Positions 1 to 10,948 of a stretch of 64,000 bases of DNA are shown here, piece after piece; position 1 is the first letter of the stretch, and every line of letters begins with the position of its first letter. Origin of the DNA: an uncultured Candidatus Rokubacteria bacterium. GTDB lineage: Bacteria; Methylomirabilota; Methylomirabilia; Rokubacteriales; CSP1-6. Made by a program: the position numbers and the translations under genes. The stretch covers positions 64,001 to 128,000 of the forward strand of contig CAVWFS010000013.1 in the NCBI GenBank assembly GCA_963754315.1, given 5' to 3'. Under the pieces are notes generated by a model. It was not told where the DNA came from. It saw nothing but the letters and a program-made list of their open reading frames with translations, and searched no databases.

Positions 1-34
1 CCTCCCCTCACCTTCCGGGAGGAGCGACCACGTC

Positions 35-1414
35 ATGCCAGCACCGAGCCTGAAGATCGAGAACGCGCGCTATGTCGTCACCGTCGATCGAGAGCGACGG
101 ATCATCCAGGACGGCTCCATCCTCGTCGAGGGCGGACGCATCACGAAGGTGGGCAAGGCCGCGCAGCTCGATGGCGCCCGCGTCGATCGGGTGATCGATG
201 CCAGACGGCTGATGGTCACACCCGGCTTCTTCAATGGCCACATGCACATCAGCTACGCGCATCCGGTACGTGGGATCTTCCCCGACGACGTGGGCAGCCC
301 GCTGGCGCACGTGTTCAAGCTCCAGATGGCCATGACCGAGGAAGAGGAGTATCACACTACCCTGCTCGGAATCGTGGAGCTCCTGAAGAACGGCACGGTC
401 TGCTTCCTGGATCCGGGTTCCACGAAGTTCCCGGACGCCTGCCTGCAGGCCTACACCGACGCCGGCATCCGCGTGATCCTCGGCGAGGGTGTCACCGACC
501 TTGACGCGCCCATTCCATTGCCGCGCTACACGACCGAAGAAGCAGTCGCCCGCACCGCGTCGTTCATCCGGAAATGGCATGGGCGCCTCGACGGGAGGCT
601 GCGGGCGTGGGCCATGCCCTTCTCGCCGGAGACTTGCAGCGCTGACCTGCTTCGCGGTCTGAAACGGGTGGCCGACGAGCAGGGAACGGGCCTCACCCTG
701 CATCACGGAAGTGGACCGCAGGCGCGCAAGGACTACCAGGCGCGCCATGGGCTCTCTCCCACCGCGTACCTTGAATCGCTCGGTGTGCTTGGACCCAATG
801 TCGTGCTGGCTCACTCTCTCGGCGTGGATGAAACCGAGATCGAGTGTCTGGCCCGGACGCAGGCGGCCGTGGCCATGTGCCCGATCACCGCCGCCAAGGG
901 GGGCCGGGGCATCCGGGACAACGGGCGCATGCCCGAGCTGCTGGCCAAAGGGGTGAAGGTGGTTCTCGGCTGTGACTCGCCGAACAACTCGAACCACCTC
1001 GACCTGGTCCGGGCCATGAACATGGCCGCCATCCAGTACAAGGACGCACGGCAGGACATGCATCAACTTCCTGCCGAGACAGCCCTCGAGATGGCCACCC
1101 TGACCGGCGCCCAGGCGCTGGGCCTCGGCCACGAGCTCGGCTCTATCGAGCCCGGCAAGAAGGCCGATCTCGTGCTGTTCGATACCGAGCGCCCAGAATG
1201 GCAAGCCCTCTGGAATCCGATCAACAATCTCGTGTACAACGCCGACGGCCGTAGCGTGCACACGGTCGTTGTCGACGGCCGGGTCGTGGTGGACAGTTAC
1301 CGTCAGTCGTTCGTCGACGAGAGCCGGCTCTTTGCCACCGTGCAGGGGATCGGGGAGCGCCTGCTGGCCCGGACCGGCGTCAGCTTCCCGCGCTCACGCT
1401 GGCCGATCGTGTGA
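35..1414 (+). CDS. Amidohydrolase, MTA/SAH deaminase (AtzA/TrzA-like) family
   Basis: 459-aa ORF; PGFFNGHMH metal motif, LGCDS, GSIEPGKKADLV; GGAGG RBS upstream. Confidence 0.88.
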   Translation: MPAPSLKIENARYVVTVDRERRIIQDGSILVEGGRITKVGKAAQLDGARVDRVIDARRLMVTPGFFNGHMHISYAHPVRGIFPDDVGSPLAHVFKLQMAMTEEEEYHTTLLGIVELLKNGTVCFLDPGSTKFPDACLQAYTDAGIRVILGEGVTDLDAPIPLPRYTTEEAVARTASFIRKWHGRLDGRLRAWAMPFSPETCSADLLRGLKRVADEQGTGLTLHHGSGPQARKDYQARHGLSPTAYLESLGVLGPNVVLAHSLGVDETEIECLARTQAAVAMCPITAAKGGRGIRDNGRMPELLAKGVKVVLGCDSPNNSNHLDLVRAMNMAAIQYKDARQDMHQLPAETALEMATLTGAQALGLGHELGSIEPGKKADLVLFDTERPEWQALWNPINNLVYNADGRSVHTVVVDGRVVVDSYRQSFVDESRLFATVQGIGERLLARTGVSFPRSRWPIV

Positions 1415-1700
1415 CGAGCCCGCCGGGCGGGGCAGCAAGCCGAGCCTGGCCGCGCGCTCAGTCGTAGCGGGCCGGGATGAGCTCGACTCGGTCTTGCGAG
1501 TACCTTCCGGGAGTGCACGCGTGCAGCTTGGGTTGGTTCGGTATGCTCGCGGAGCCGAAAGACACCACGCGAGTTCCAACATTCGGGGCTGACAGTCAGC
1601 GCTGTTGGCCGCTGCGCGCGCCGCTACCAAGAGCGCATGCAGCTCGTCGCCAGCCGCGTTGCCGATGGTAGTACGAATTACATCGACCAGGACAGCTCCG

Positions 1701-4700
1701 TCAGGGTCTCAGGTCGAATTCCACGCGCGGGACGGCCAGCGGCCTCGACGAGCGCCGTGCGCCGGGCCGTGCCCGACAGGCGGCCCTCGTCGATTCCCCC
1801 TCCCCGTGTGAGGCCTTGCCGCACGACCTCGACCCGACGAGTGGCCAGGCTCCGCAGGCTTTCGGGAGGAAGCGGCTCCGCGGTGGCCAGCTCGGCCACG
1901 ATGGCCTCGAGGGTGGACGGTGGCGACCGCTCGGGCCACCGTGCCCGGTACTCCTGACGCGCGCGCTCCAACGAATCAGCCGCGCCCGGCGCCGCCACGT
2001 GCGCCAGCACGCGCTCCCGCTTCAGGCTCTGCAGATCCGCCTCGATGAGAATCGGATCGAGCACGACCTTCATCGACGCGGCGCCGCGCAGGAAGCTCGC
2101 CACCCGCTCCAGATGGGGCTCCATGCCCGACACCAGACGATCCGTCCCGGGCTCGAAGAGGGCGGGGCCGAGTGCCACGGCTTTGACCTTCGAGTCCTGA
2201 CTGAAGAACAGAGAGCCGATCTTGCTGAACGGCAGGGCAAGGAGCTGGATGGAGAGATTCCGGGCAGCCCCCCAGACCGCCTCCTGGAAATCGAATTCCC
2301 GTGTGCTCAGGTCACCGGACACAGGCAGGGAGAGCTTGATCTCGCCGCGCGAATCCTTGAGGAGTGAGACGAGCATCCCGAACGGCAGCCCGATTCGCTC
2401 GGCAACCTCGTCGCGCTCGTCGACGGCAGCGACCTCGAGACCGCGCACCAGCAGATCGTGGCGGGTATCGAGCCGGGTGCCGTTGAGCGTGTAGCGGCCG
2501 GTGACGTCGAGGATTCCCTCGGCCGCGGTCCAGCCCGTGAATTTCGCGAGGTAAGGGTTGGCGCGCGCCACGACGAAACTTCGGAGGTCCAGGGTGAAAT
2601 CGAGAAACCGCCGCTCGCCCTCGGTGGCTTCTCCCTGGATCTTGAGCGTCCCACCCCCGACGAGACCCTGGGCGGTAAACTGCATGCGGCGGCCGTGGAT
2701 CGTGGTGAAAGGACTGACGGTGAGACTGACGTCCTCGAGCTCCTCAGCGTAGGCCGGCGTCGTCGTGTGATCGACGAACCGTGCGGAGGCGCGGTCGAGG
2801 CTGAACGTCCCTATCTCGAGCGTCGGTGCCTCGAGCGGTGCGGCGGGCACGGTGCGGGCGGGGCCGGACCCCGCCGCGACTGAGCCCGCCGACGACGAGC
2901 CACTGGCCCTGTCCCGCGGCGTCACCAGGCTGAAGAGTCGTACGTGGCCCTGCGCGTCACGCTCGATGAGCAATCGCGGTCGCCGGAACTGAACGCGCTC
3001 GAGCGCGATCCGCTTCGGCCAGTCGACGTCGATGCCCGCCGCGTCGACCCGGCCCACCGTGACCACCGCTCGCTCGCCGTCATTGAGCCGGAATGCTTGC
3101 AAGCGCGCCTGGCCAGCGACCTGGATGGCAACCGGGTCGAGAGTAAGCGCGAGGGTCAGCTCCCCTGTCATCTTGCCGTCCACCTTGCCCTCGATCGGCA
3201 AATACGGCTGAGCCGGCGCGATACCAACACCATCGAGAACTGCCCGCACTTCCAGGCGCATCGGTTCGAGCTGCACTGTCCCCGTCACGTCAAGCCGGCC
3301 TCCGGCTGGCATAGGCGACGTCAGCTCGACCTTCGTCGGGGTGCGCGGAGGCCAGGTGAAGTCGCGAAACGCCAGGCGCGCGCCGGCCACCTCGATGCGG
3401 GCCGGCGGCGTGGTGGCGCCATCGACGATGGTCGCCGCCTGCTCCTCGAAGATTCCATCGCGGATGGTGAACTCGAAAGGCGCGGCGGGCGTGCCCGACG
3501 CTGGGGGCACCGACGGGGATGACCTCGGCGGCGCGGGGGTTGGGCGCTCGAGGAGCGTCTGCAGGAGAAAGCGTCCCTGCGCGTCGCGCTCGATGAGGGC
3601 CCACGAGCGTCGCACGCGAACACGATCGAACACCATCCGCTCCGGCCATGTCGCGTCGATCCCCACCACGCGCAGCCGGTCGGTCGTGAGCACCGAGCGC
3701 TGCCCATCGGTGATGTCGAGACTGCGCAGGCCGGCCTCGCCGCTGATCTTGAGCCGAGCCGTGGGTGCCAGCGAACCCGCTATCGCCAGGTTGGCGTCCA
3801 CCCGGCCCTTGATCCGGGCACGAAACCCCAGGTAGGGGTGGAGCCAGCCGAGATCGGCGTCCTGTGTGGCGAGCGTGATGTCGACGCTCATCGGCTCGGC
3901 ACTCACTGTGCCTTCGACCTTCAGGGTTCCGCCCGCAGGGAGCGAGGCTTCGAGGTGGACGTGAGCGGGCCCGGTCGCCGGCCATGTCACGGTGCGAGCC
4001 GTCAGGTCCAGGCGGGGGGACTCGAAACGCACGGGGGCCGCCCCCGTGTCGTCGACGACCGTGACCTGACCGTTTTCGATGATGAGCTCGTCGATCGAAA
4101 ATGAGAGGTCGCGCATGGAGGTGGCCCCGTCGACCGTTCCTGGCGCAGGGGCCTCGGACGACGGCGAAGCGAAGCGCGCGAGCAGAGGGAAGCGAAGCTG
4201 TCGGTCACGCTCGATGAGCACGAAGGGTTGCCGCAGGCGAAGGTGGCGAATGGTCACCCGCCCGGGCCACTGCACATCGAGGTCGGTGGCGTCGATCCGG
4301 CGCAGGGAGAGCAACGTTCGGCCACTGTCGGCGAGCGCGAACCGACCGCCCCCCACGTCGCCGCGCACACGCGCGATCAGGCGTTCGCCATACGCAAGGT
4401 TCACCGTGACCTTCCCGCGCACCCGTCCCCCGAGCCCGTCGGCGGCCGGAACGTACACGGAAAGAGGAGCGAGATCGACCGCCCTGGCCTGAAGCGCGAG
4501 CTCTGCCGCCCACGCGATCGTCGGCGGCGGGGCGGTGATCTGGGCTGTCCCGCTTCCCTCCAGCTCGCCGCGATCACGAAACCGCAGGCTCACCTCTACC
4601 CGCGCCGGCGCCCTGACGGGCCACGTCAGCCCCTCGGTGGCGACCCGCATCTGTGTCAGATCGAAGCGAGCGGCGGGACCGCGTGAATCGGTGAGGATGC

Positions 4701-6579
4701 CGGAGCCAGACAGCTCGACACGGCCTATGCTCAGCTCCGCACCGAGGTGGCGGGCTTCGGCGACCGTCACCCGGAGGGAGGGCGCGGAGACGGCCAACGT
4801 TCCGAAGACGTCGCGGCCCCGCGCCTCGAGCGAATCCAAGGTCGCGTCGACCGTCACCATCGTGCCTGTGGCGACGGCATGGTCCGCCTGGATCGACGCG
4901 TTGACGATACCGCGAGCGAGCTCGACGGGGACCGCATCGGGAATGTACAGACGGAGAAGAGCGGCGTCGACTTTGCGCAGGATGGCGGTCGCGCGCAGTT
5001 CCAGGGGGTCGAACCTGGCACCGGTGACGAACACCGAGGCGGCCGCTCCCGCCACGGTGGCGCGAAGACTGGCGACGCCCTGGACGGCGTCCGGGCGGCT
5101 CGACAGATCTTTCGCCTCGATGACCAGGTTCTGGACAGGCCACTTCCGCACCGGCTTCGCCGCGCGTTCTTCCAGAGTCAGGCTGTCGCTGACGACAGCA
5201 AGTTGGCCGACGCTCACCGCGCCCTTCTCGAGCGAGATGCCCTCTGCCGTCACCCGAAGGGCCGGCGCCGTGACCACGTGGGCCGGGCGTTGCAACTCGA
5301 TCTTGCTCAGACCGGCGTCCAGTGCGAAGCGGGCGCCCCGTCCAGCGTCGTACGTGACCTGAACAGTCGCGTTGACCACCCCGCGTTCCGGGTGAACCGG
5401 CAGCTCGGGCGGCAAATAGAGGCGGAGGAGCGCGAGGTCGACGTTGCGGACGATCGTGGTCGCACGGAGCTCGAGCGGCGCCAGGCGAATGTCGGTGGCC
5501 CAGACCTCGACTCGCGCCCCCGCCGTGCCCGCTCGGGCGCTGGCGATCCCCGGTGGAGCCTGCCGGGCGCTGGACAAGCCCCGGGCCTCGAGAGCAACCC
5601 CGTCGATCTGCCAGCGGCGCACGGGCACCAGCCGCGTATCCTCGAGGCCGAGGGCCCCGCCATCGACGGCGAGGCGATCAAGCTCGATCTCGCCCCCACG
5701 AACGCGCAGCCCCTGCACCGTCAGCCGCGCCGACGGCGCCGACATGTATGCGGTGACCTGTCCGGGCCGGTGCAGCTCGACACCCGTGAACCCGGCGTCG
5801 AGCGCGATGAGCGTGCCGGTCGTGGCGTCGTGATTGGCGGTTGCCGACACGTTGACCCGACCGCGCGTCGGGCTGAGTGGGCTACCCGGAGGCAGGTACA
5901 GAGCGGCCAGCGAGGCGTCGACCTCTTCGGCCCGCAAGGTGGCCTGGAAGTGGAGCGGAGCGAGGCGAAGGTCGGTAACCGACAGCGAGAGCGGCGAGCC
6001 CTCCGCCACCGCGCGGAGGGTGGCTATTCCGGCTGGAGCTCCCGCTCGTGACGAAACATCTTTGACGTGCAGCTCCACGTTTTCGACGCGCCAGGTCCGC
6101 GGCGGCGTCAGCATGCGATCCTCGATCACGAGCGCACCGCCGACCAGGGCGAAGCGCTCGATGGTCAGGCCGGGGATGGTCCCTCCAGGCTCGCCACGGC
6201 GGCCCAGAAGGTTGGAGACGTTGAATTCGTTCGGCCCCGTCCGCACGATCCTGACAGTCGGAGCTTGAACCGTGCCGTCGATGATGCGCAGGTAGCCCGT
6301 CACCAAATCGCGCGGGCTGAAGCGGACGTCAACTCGATCGACCGTCAGCAGCGTGGCACCATCCGGGTCGAGCACGCGGAGGCCCAGCAGAGCGAGCCGT
6401 CCCTTGACGAGCTCGATGTTCACCTGGTCGAGCGCGACTGTTCGGCCCATGGCTGCCTCCAGCTGGGAGACCGCCACCCGGCGAACGATCGTGGGCAGGG
6501 TGAACAGAGTGATTGCCACCAGCAGGACGAGTCCGGCCACAGCCACGCCGACGAGGCGGAGGAGACGACGACGGTTCAC
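1701..6579 (-). CDS. Large DUF748/AsmA-like envelope protein with OmpA-like C-terminal region
   Basis: ~1630 aa; N-terminal TM anchor, repeated beta-rich modules, GMLVSLLKDSRGEIKLSLPVSGDL motif. The true C-terminus PRVEFDLRP* (TGA at 1701-1703) needs a 1-nt indel near 1730. Confidence 0.8.
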
Positions 6580-6689
6580 GACACCCCCATGATAAGCACG
6601 GATAGTCCTGCGGTTCCCTTCGCCTGGGCGAAACGCTACTATCGGCGCCGACAGGCTGCCGAGGCGCGCCGAGCATGGGAGGTGGGCCG

Positions 6690-8129
6690 ATGCTGGATCT
6701 TGTGATCGCTGGGGGCCAGGTGGTGACGCCGCAGGGTGCGGCCGAGCTCGACGTCGGCGTCCAGGGCGAGCGGATCGCGGCGCTCGGCTGGCCGGGAACC
6801 CTGGCCGGCAACGCCGGACGCGTCATCGATGCACGCGGCAAGATCGTCATCCCAGGTGGAATCGAGCCCCATGCCCACATCAATATTCCGGTGCCCGAAG
6901 CGTGGGCGGGACACCCGGACGTGATGACGCAGCCCCCCGAGGCTGCCAGCCGGGCTGCCGCCTTCGGCGGGGTGACGACGATCGTCGACTTCGCGGGCGA
7001 TCTCGCCCTCACACCTGATCCGGGAGCTCCGCGGATGCCAATCGCAGAGGCGGTCGAGCGGCGGCGTGCCGTCTTCCGTGGTCACTCGTACACCGACTTC
7101 GCCTTTCATTACATCCTGGCCGGTGAGGTCGCGCCGGAGACCATCGGCGAGATCGGCGAGGCGATCCAGGACGGCACCGCCAGCTTCAAGATCTTCACGA
7201 CCTTCCGCCCCATTCGGGTGCCGTACGGCCACCTCTGGAGCATCTTTGCCGAGGTTGCCAGGCACGGCGGCATCATGGCCGTGCACGCCGAGGAGGACGA
7301 CGTCGTCACGTACATGACCGACAAGCTCAAGCGCGAGGGACGGGCGCAGGGTCACAATCTGCACCTCGTCCACAACAACCTCTCCGAGGACCTGGCGTTC
7401 CGCCACATCATCCGCCTCGCCCGGCACACGGACGTGGCCGTGTACTTCGTGCATACCACCGCCAAGGAGGGCGTGGCCGCCATCGCCGAGGCGCGCAGCC
7501 TCGGGCAGCCGGTATACGGTGAGGCCCTTCACAACTATTTGCAATTCACGTGCGACGACTACAAGAAGCCGGGCGGCACCGCCATTCACACCTACCCGGC
7601 CATCAAGTTCGCCGACGATCGTGACGCTCTCATCGCGGGGTTACTCGACGGGCGGCTGGCCACCACTGCCACCGACGAGTACACCGTCCACAAGGCCTAC
7701 AAGCTTTCCGGTAACACCATCGAGACCGTCTGCGGGGGCCACAACGGAATCGAGACGCGCATACCGGTGGCCTTCACAAAGTTCGTCGCCGAGCGCAAGG
7801 TGCCCCTCACGCGCTTCGTGGAGATTACCTCCACCAATGCCGCGCGCATTCTTGGTCTGTACCCCCAGAAGGGCGCCATCCAGCCGGGAAGCGACGCCGA
7901 TCTCGTGCTCATCGATCCCGCCTTGAAGAAGACCATTGCCCTCAGCGACCTGCACGCCGACGCCGACTACAGCATCTGGGAAGGATTCGCCTGCCAGGGC
8001 TATCCGGTGATGACCATCTTGCGCGGCAAAGTCATCGTCGAGGGTGGCCGGCTGCTGGGGAGCTCATCGGACGGACGCTGGATCGGGCGGCGGGTCTCGG
8101 GCGACGTGCGGAATCGGCCGGTGCTGTGA
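6690..8129 (+). CDS. Dihydropyrimidinase/hydantoinase-like cyclic amidohydrolase
   Basis: PGGIEPHAH, AAAFGGVTTIVDF, SFKIF (carbamylated Lys), VHAE, YPQKGAIQPGSDADLV; GGAGG before ATG 6690. Confidence 0.88.
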   Translation: MLDLVIAGGQVVTPQGAAELDVGVQGERIAALGWPGTLAGNAGRVIDARGKIVIPGGIEPHAHINIPVPEAWAGHPDVMTQPPEAASRAAAFGGVTTIVDFAGDLALTPDPGAPRMPIAEAVERRRAVFRGHSYTDFAFHYILAGEVAPETIGEIGEAIQDGTASFKIFTTFRPIRVPYGHLWSIFAEVARHGGIMAVHAEEDDVVTYMTDKLKREGRAQGHNLHLVHNNLSEDLAFRHIIRLARHTDVAVYFVHTTAKEGVAAIAEARSLGQPVYGEALHNYLQFTCDDYKKPGGTAIHTYPAIKFADDRDALIAGLLDGRLATTATDEYTVHKAYKLSGNTIETVCGGHNGIETRIPVAFTKFVAERKVPLTRFVEITSTNAARILGLYPQKGAIQPGSDADLVLIDPALKKTIALSDLHADADYSIWEGFACQGYPVMTILRGKVIVEGGRLLGSSSDGRWIGRRVSGDVRNRPVL

Positions 8130-8132
8130 GAC

Positions 8133-8564
8133 TCAGTCACCCTCAGGGTGCGTGTCGAATCCTTCCGCGCCCGCGGCGGTGCGCAGCCGGCTGTCGAGCG
8201 TCACGATACCCTGGCCCGAGGGCCGGCCCCCGCACCACGCGAGCGCAGCGGCGAGCTGGAAGGCGTCCGCAGCACTCAGCGCGTGAACCGCGAGGAGCCG
8301 CTCTGCCGTCGCGCGGATCGCCTCGCTTGGCTGTACCTCGACCCAGCTGTCCGCCAACGCCGCCAGCACCGTCCGCGCCGCGCGGTGTCCGACGGGGGCG
8401 ATCTCGCGCTCTCGCATGCGTCGCGCCAATGCCGAGAGGCACTCCGTTCGCGTGGCCCACCACACGGCCACGGCAGGGTCACCCTCGATGAGAGCTCGCG
8501 CCTCTGCGGAACGCGGTTCGGCCACGCACAGGGGCAGCACCGCCGAGCTGTCCCAGAACCTCAC
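8133..8564 (-). CDS. vapC: VapC family PIN toxin
   Basis: MRFWDSSAV ... LSAADAFQLAAA ... VTLDSRL; overlaps the antitoxin stop by 4 nt. Confidence 0.9.
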   Translation of the reverse strand: MRFWDSSAVLPLCVAEPRSAEARALIEGDPAVAVWWATRTECLSALARRMREREIAPVGHRAARTVLAALADSWVEVQPSEAIRATAERLLAVHALSAADAFQLAAALAWCGGRPSGQGIVTLDSRLRTAAGAEGFDTHPEGD

Positions 8565-8851
8565 CGGCCTTGCGCGCGCTCCTCGAGAAGGGCCCGCACC
8601 ACCCGGCCCTTCGGATCCTTCGGCCGCGGCAATTCCCAGAAGGTTCGCGAGAGCTTTCGCGACCCGACCCGCACCAAGCCCTGCTTGACCATCTCTTTGA
8701 GGTGATCCGACAAGACGTCCCGCCCTGTCACCGGGACGAGCTTGGCGATCGGCCGGCCGCGCTCACTGACCACGACTTCCTCGCCCGCCTTGACGCGACG
8801 GAGATACTCGCTCAAGGACGCTTTCAGCTTCGATACCGTCGCCGTCGTCAT
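8561..8851 (-). CDS. Phd/YefM family antitoxin
   Basis: VSKLKASLSEYLRRVKAGEEVVVSERGRPIAKLVP. Confidence 0.9.
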   Translation of the reverse strand: MTTATVSKLKASLSEYLRRVKAGEEVVVSERGRPIAKLVPVTGRDVLSDHLKEMVKQGLVRVGSRKLSRTFWELPRPKDPKGRVVRALLEERAQGR

Positions 8852-8878
8852 CGGTGGCCTCCTCTGGGCAGCACTTCA

Positions 8879-8893
8879 TGACCATTATGGTCA
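8879..8893. promoter_or_regulatory. Palindromic TA operator overlapping the -10 box
   Basis: TGACCAT-T-ATGGTCA perfect inverted repeat; minus strand contains CATAAT just upstream of the antitoxin. Confidence 0.7.
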
Positions 8894-9058
8894 GATAGCT
8901 CTCTGAGGATCAAGGTCGGCCGTGCGCCGACCTTCGCCCCGGGCGCTCAGCCCTCGCGATACACCACGAGGATCAGGCCCACCCCGGTCATGCACAGGAT
9001 CCACCGGCCCGGGTCCTCGCGGCTGCGGTACGATGCAAGTTCATCAGGAGGTGACCCT

Positions 9059-9865
9059 TTGGTTGCGCAAGCGTCGGTCGTCATCACGGGCTCGAACGGA
9101 CGCATCGGCTCGATCCTCCGTGAGGCCCTGGCTGCCAAGTACCGGCTGCGTGGCATCGACCGCGTCCCAACCCCCGGTCTGTCCGGTGCCCTCGTGGCCA
9201 GCCTGACGGACATCGACGCAATTCTTCCCGCGTTCGAGGGGACCCATGCCGTGCTGCACCTCGCCGCTGATCCACGCCACACACCCGACATCGGCTGGGA
9301 CACCCTGATTCCCGACAACGTGGTGGCGACGGCCAATGTGTACGAGGCCGCGCGGCGAGCGCAGGCGAAGCGAGTCGTCTTCTTCAGCTCCATGCACGTA
9401 TGTGGCATGTACGAGAACGATCCGCCCTGGTCCCGGATCGCGGCCGGCGACTACGCGGGCCTGGACCCGGACCGGGTGCCACTGGTGACCACCGATATGC
9501 CGGCCCGCCCCGATGGACCGTATGCCGTGAGCAAGATGTTCGGCGAGGCGCTCGGACGCTACTACGCGGAGGCTCACGGAATGGAGGTCGTGGTCGTGCG
9601 GCTGGGTACGGTGGGACGGGAGGACAGACCCGGCCGCGATCCGCGCAGCTTCGTGTCGTGGTTGAGCCACCGGGACCTCGCGCATCTCACGGAGCGCGCC
9701 ATCGAAGCCCCCGCTGTCACCTACACGGTCGTGTTTGGGGCCTCCGCGAACAGGTGGAGGATCTACGACACGCTCCGGGCGCGCTCGCTCCTGGGCTACG
9801 CGCCGCAGGACAACGCCGAACGTTTCAGGGATCCTGGCCAGTCAGTGGTTCCTCGCCGATCTTGA
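9059..9865 (+). CDS. NAD-dependent epimerase/dehydratase (uronate dehydrogenase-like)
   Basis: ITGSNGRIG Rossmann motif, YAVSK catalytic YxxxK; TTG start after AGGAGG. Confidence 0.85.
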   Translation: MVAQASVVITGSNGRIGSILREALAAKYRLRGIDRVPTPGLSGALVASLTDIDAILPAFEGTHAVLHLAADPRHTPDIGWDTLIPDNVVATANVYEAARRAQAKRVVFFSSMHVCGMYENDPPWSRIAAGDYAGLDPDRVPLVTTDMPARPDGPYAVSKMFGEALGRYYAEAHGMEVVVVRLGTVGREDRPGRDPRSFVSWLSHRDLAHLTERAIEAPAVTYTVVFGASANRWRIYDTLRARSLLGYAPQDNAERFRDPGQSVVPRRS

Positions 9866-9964
9866 GAGTTTCTTGTCGACACCGGGGCCAAGTCTTGACG
9901 CATTCTTGACGCACGGCGGCACTATTCTAGTGTTAGTATTTTCTTGCACCGTGGAGGTCAACCG

Positions 9965-10933
9965 ATGAAACCACGTACTCTAATGCCCGTTGTGGCTCTC
10001 GCCCTCGGACTCCTTGTCGCCGATGCGACCGAGCTTTGGGCGCGCGCAGGCAGTGGTGGAAGCCGCGGCTCGCGGTCGTACTCGTCCCCGGCGCGTCCCA
10101 CGCCCGGCGGGCCGACGACGCCTTCGAGCCCCTCGCGCTCGTTCAATCAGCCGGCTTCGCCGGCCGCGCCGCAGCGTCCGGGTCTCTTCGGCGGCGGTCT
10201 GATGGGTGGCCTGGCCGGCTTCGCCATTGGCGGGCTCCTTGGCAGCATGCTCTTCGGCGGGCTCGGCCATGGTGGCCTGGGCGGCTTCGGCGGCATAGGC
10301 CTGATGGAGATACTCCTGATCGGCGGGGGCCTGTATCTGCTGTTCCGGTTCCTTCGCAACAGGCAGGTGCAAAGTCCGCAACCCGCCTTGGCGGGCGCTG
10401 GCGCTACAAGCGCATACGGGTCCTACGGGGATCGTTCCTGGAGCTCGGGAGGAGCTGCGACGGTTCAGGAGCCAGCGGCCCCCTCCGATCTCGATCGCGG
10501 GCTAGCCAATGTCCGCACGATGGACCCCGGTTTCGACACAGCGACCATCGCCGACCACGCGCGCCGCGTCTATTTTGTCGTGCAGCAGGCGATCGGAATG
10601 CGCGAGCTGGCCGGGGTGCGGGACTATCTGGCACCGGAGATGACCGCGGTGCTTCAAGCGCAATGCGATCGGCTCCGCGCGGCACGGCAAACGAATCGGA
10701 TCGAGCAGCTTGACATCCGGCGGGCCGAGGTCAGCGAGGTGTGGCAAGAGGGAGGACGGGACTACGTCACCGTCTTCATCTCGGCCACCATGCTGGACTA
10801 CACGGTCGACGACGCGAGCGGGGCCGTCGTGGACGGCTCACGCACGGCCGTCCAGGCGGTCGAAGACTTCTGGACGTTCACGCGCGCCGTCGGCAACAAT
10901 CCCTGGAAGCTCTCGGCCATCCAGAGCGCATAG
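9965..10933 (+). CDS. Tim44 domain-containing membrane protein
   Basis: Signal peptide, ARAGSGGSRGSRS, Gly-rich TM segments, C-terminal EDFWTFTR..WKLSAIQ. Confidence 0.88.
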   Translation: MKPRTLMPVVALALGLLVADATELWARAGSGGSRGSRSYSSPARPTPGGPTTPSSPSRSFNQPASPAAPQRPGLFGGGLMGGLAGFAIGGLLGSMLFGGLGHGGLGGFGGIGLMEILLIGGGLYLLFRFLRNRQVQSPQPALAGAGATSAYGSYGDRSWSSGGAATVQEPAAPSDLDRGLANVRTMDPGFDTATIADHARRVYFVVQQAIGMRELAGVRDYLAPEMTAVLQAQCDRLRAARQTNRIEQLDIRRAEVSEVWQEGGRDYVTVFISATMLDYTVDDASGAVVDGSRTAVQAVEDFWTFTRAVGNNPWKLSAIQSA

Positions 10934-10948
10934 CACATGGTCGCGCCG

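Noticed and set aside
1415..1700. Small ORF or ncRNA between the convergent genes
   Set aside because: Only short frames without RBS or recognisable similarity; no convincing structure
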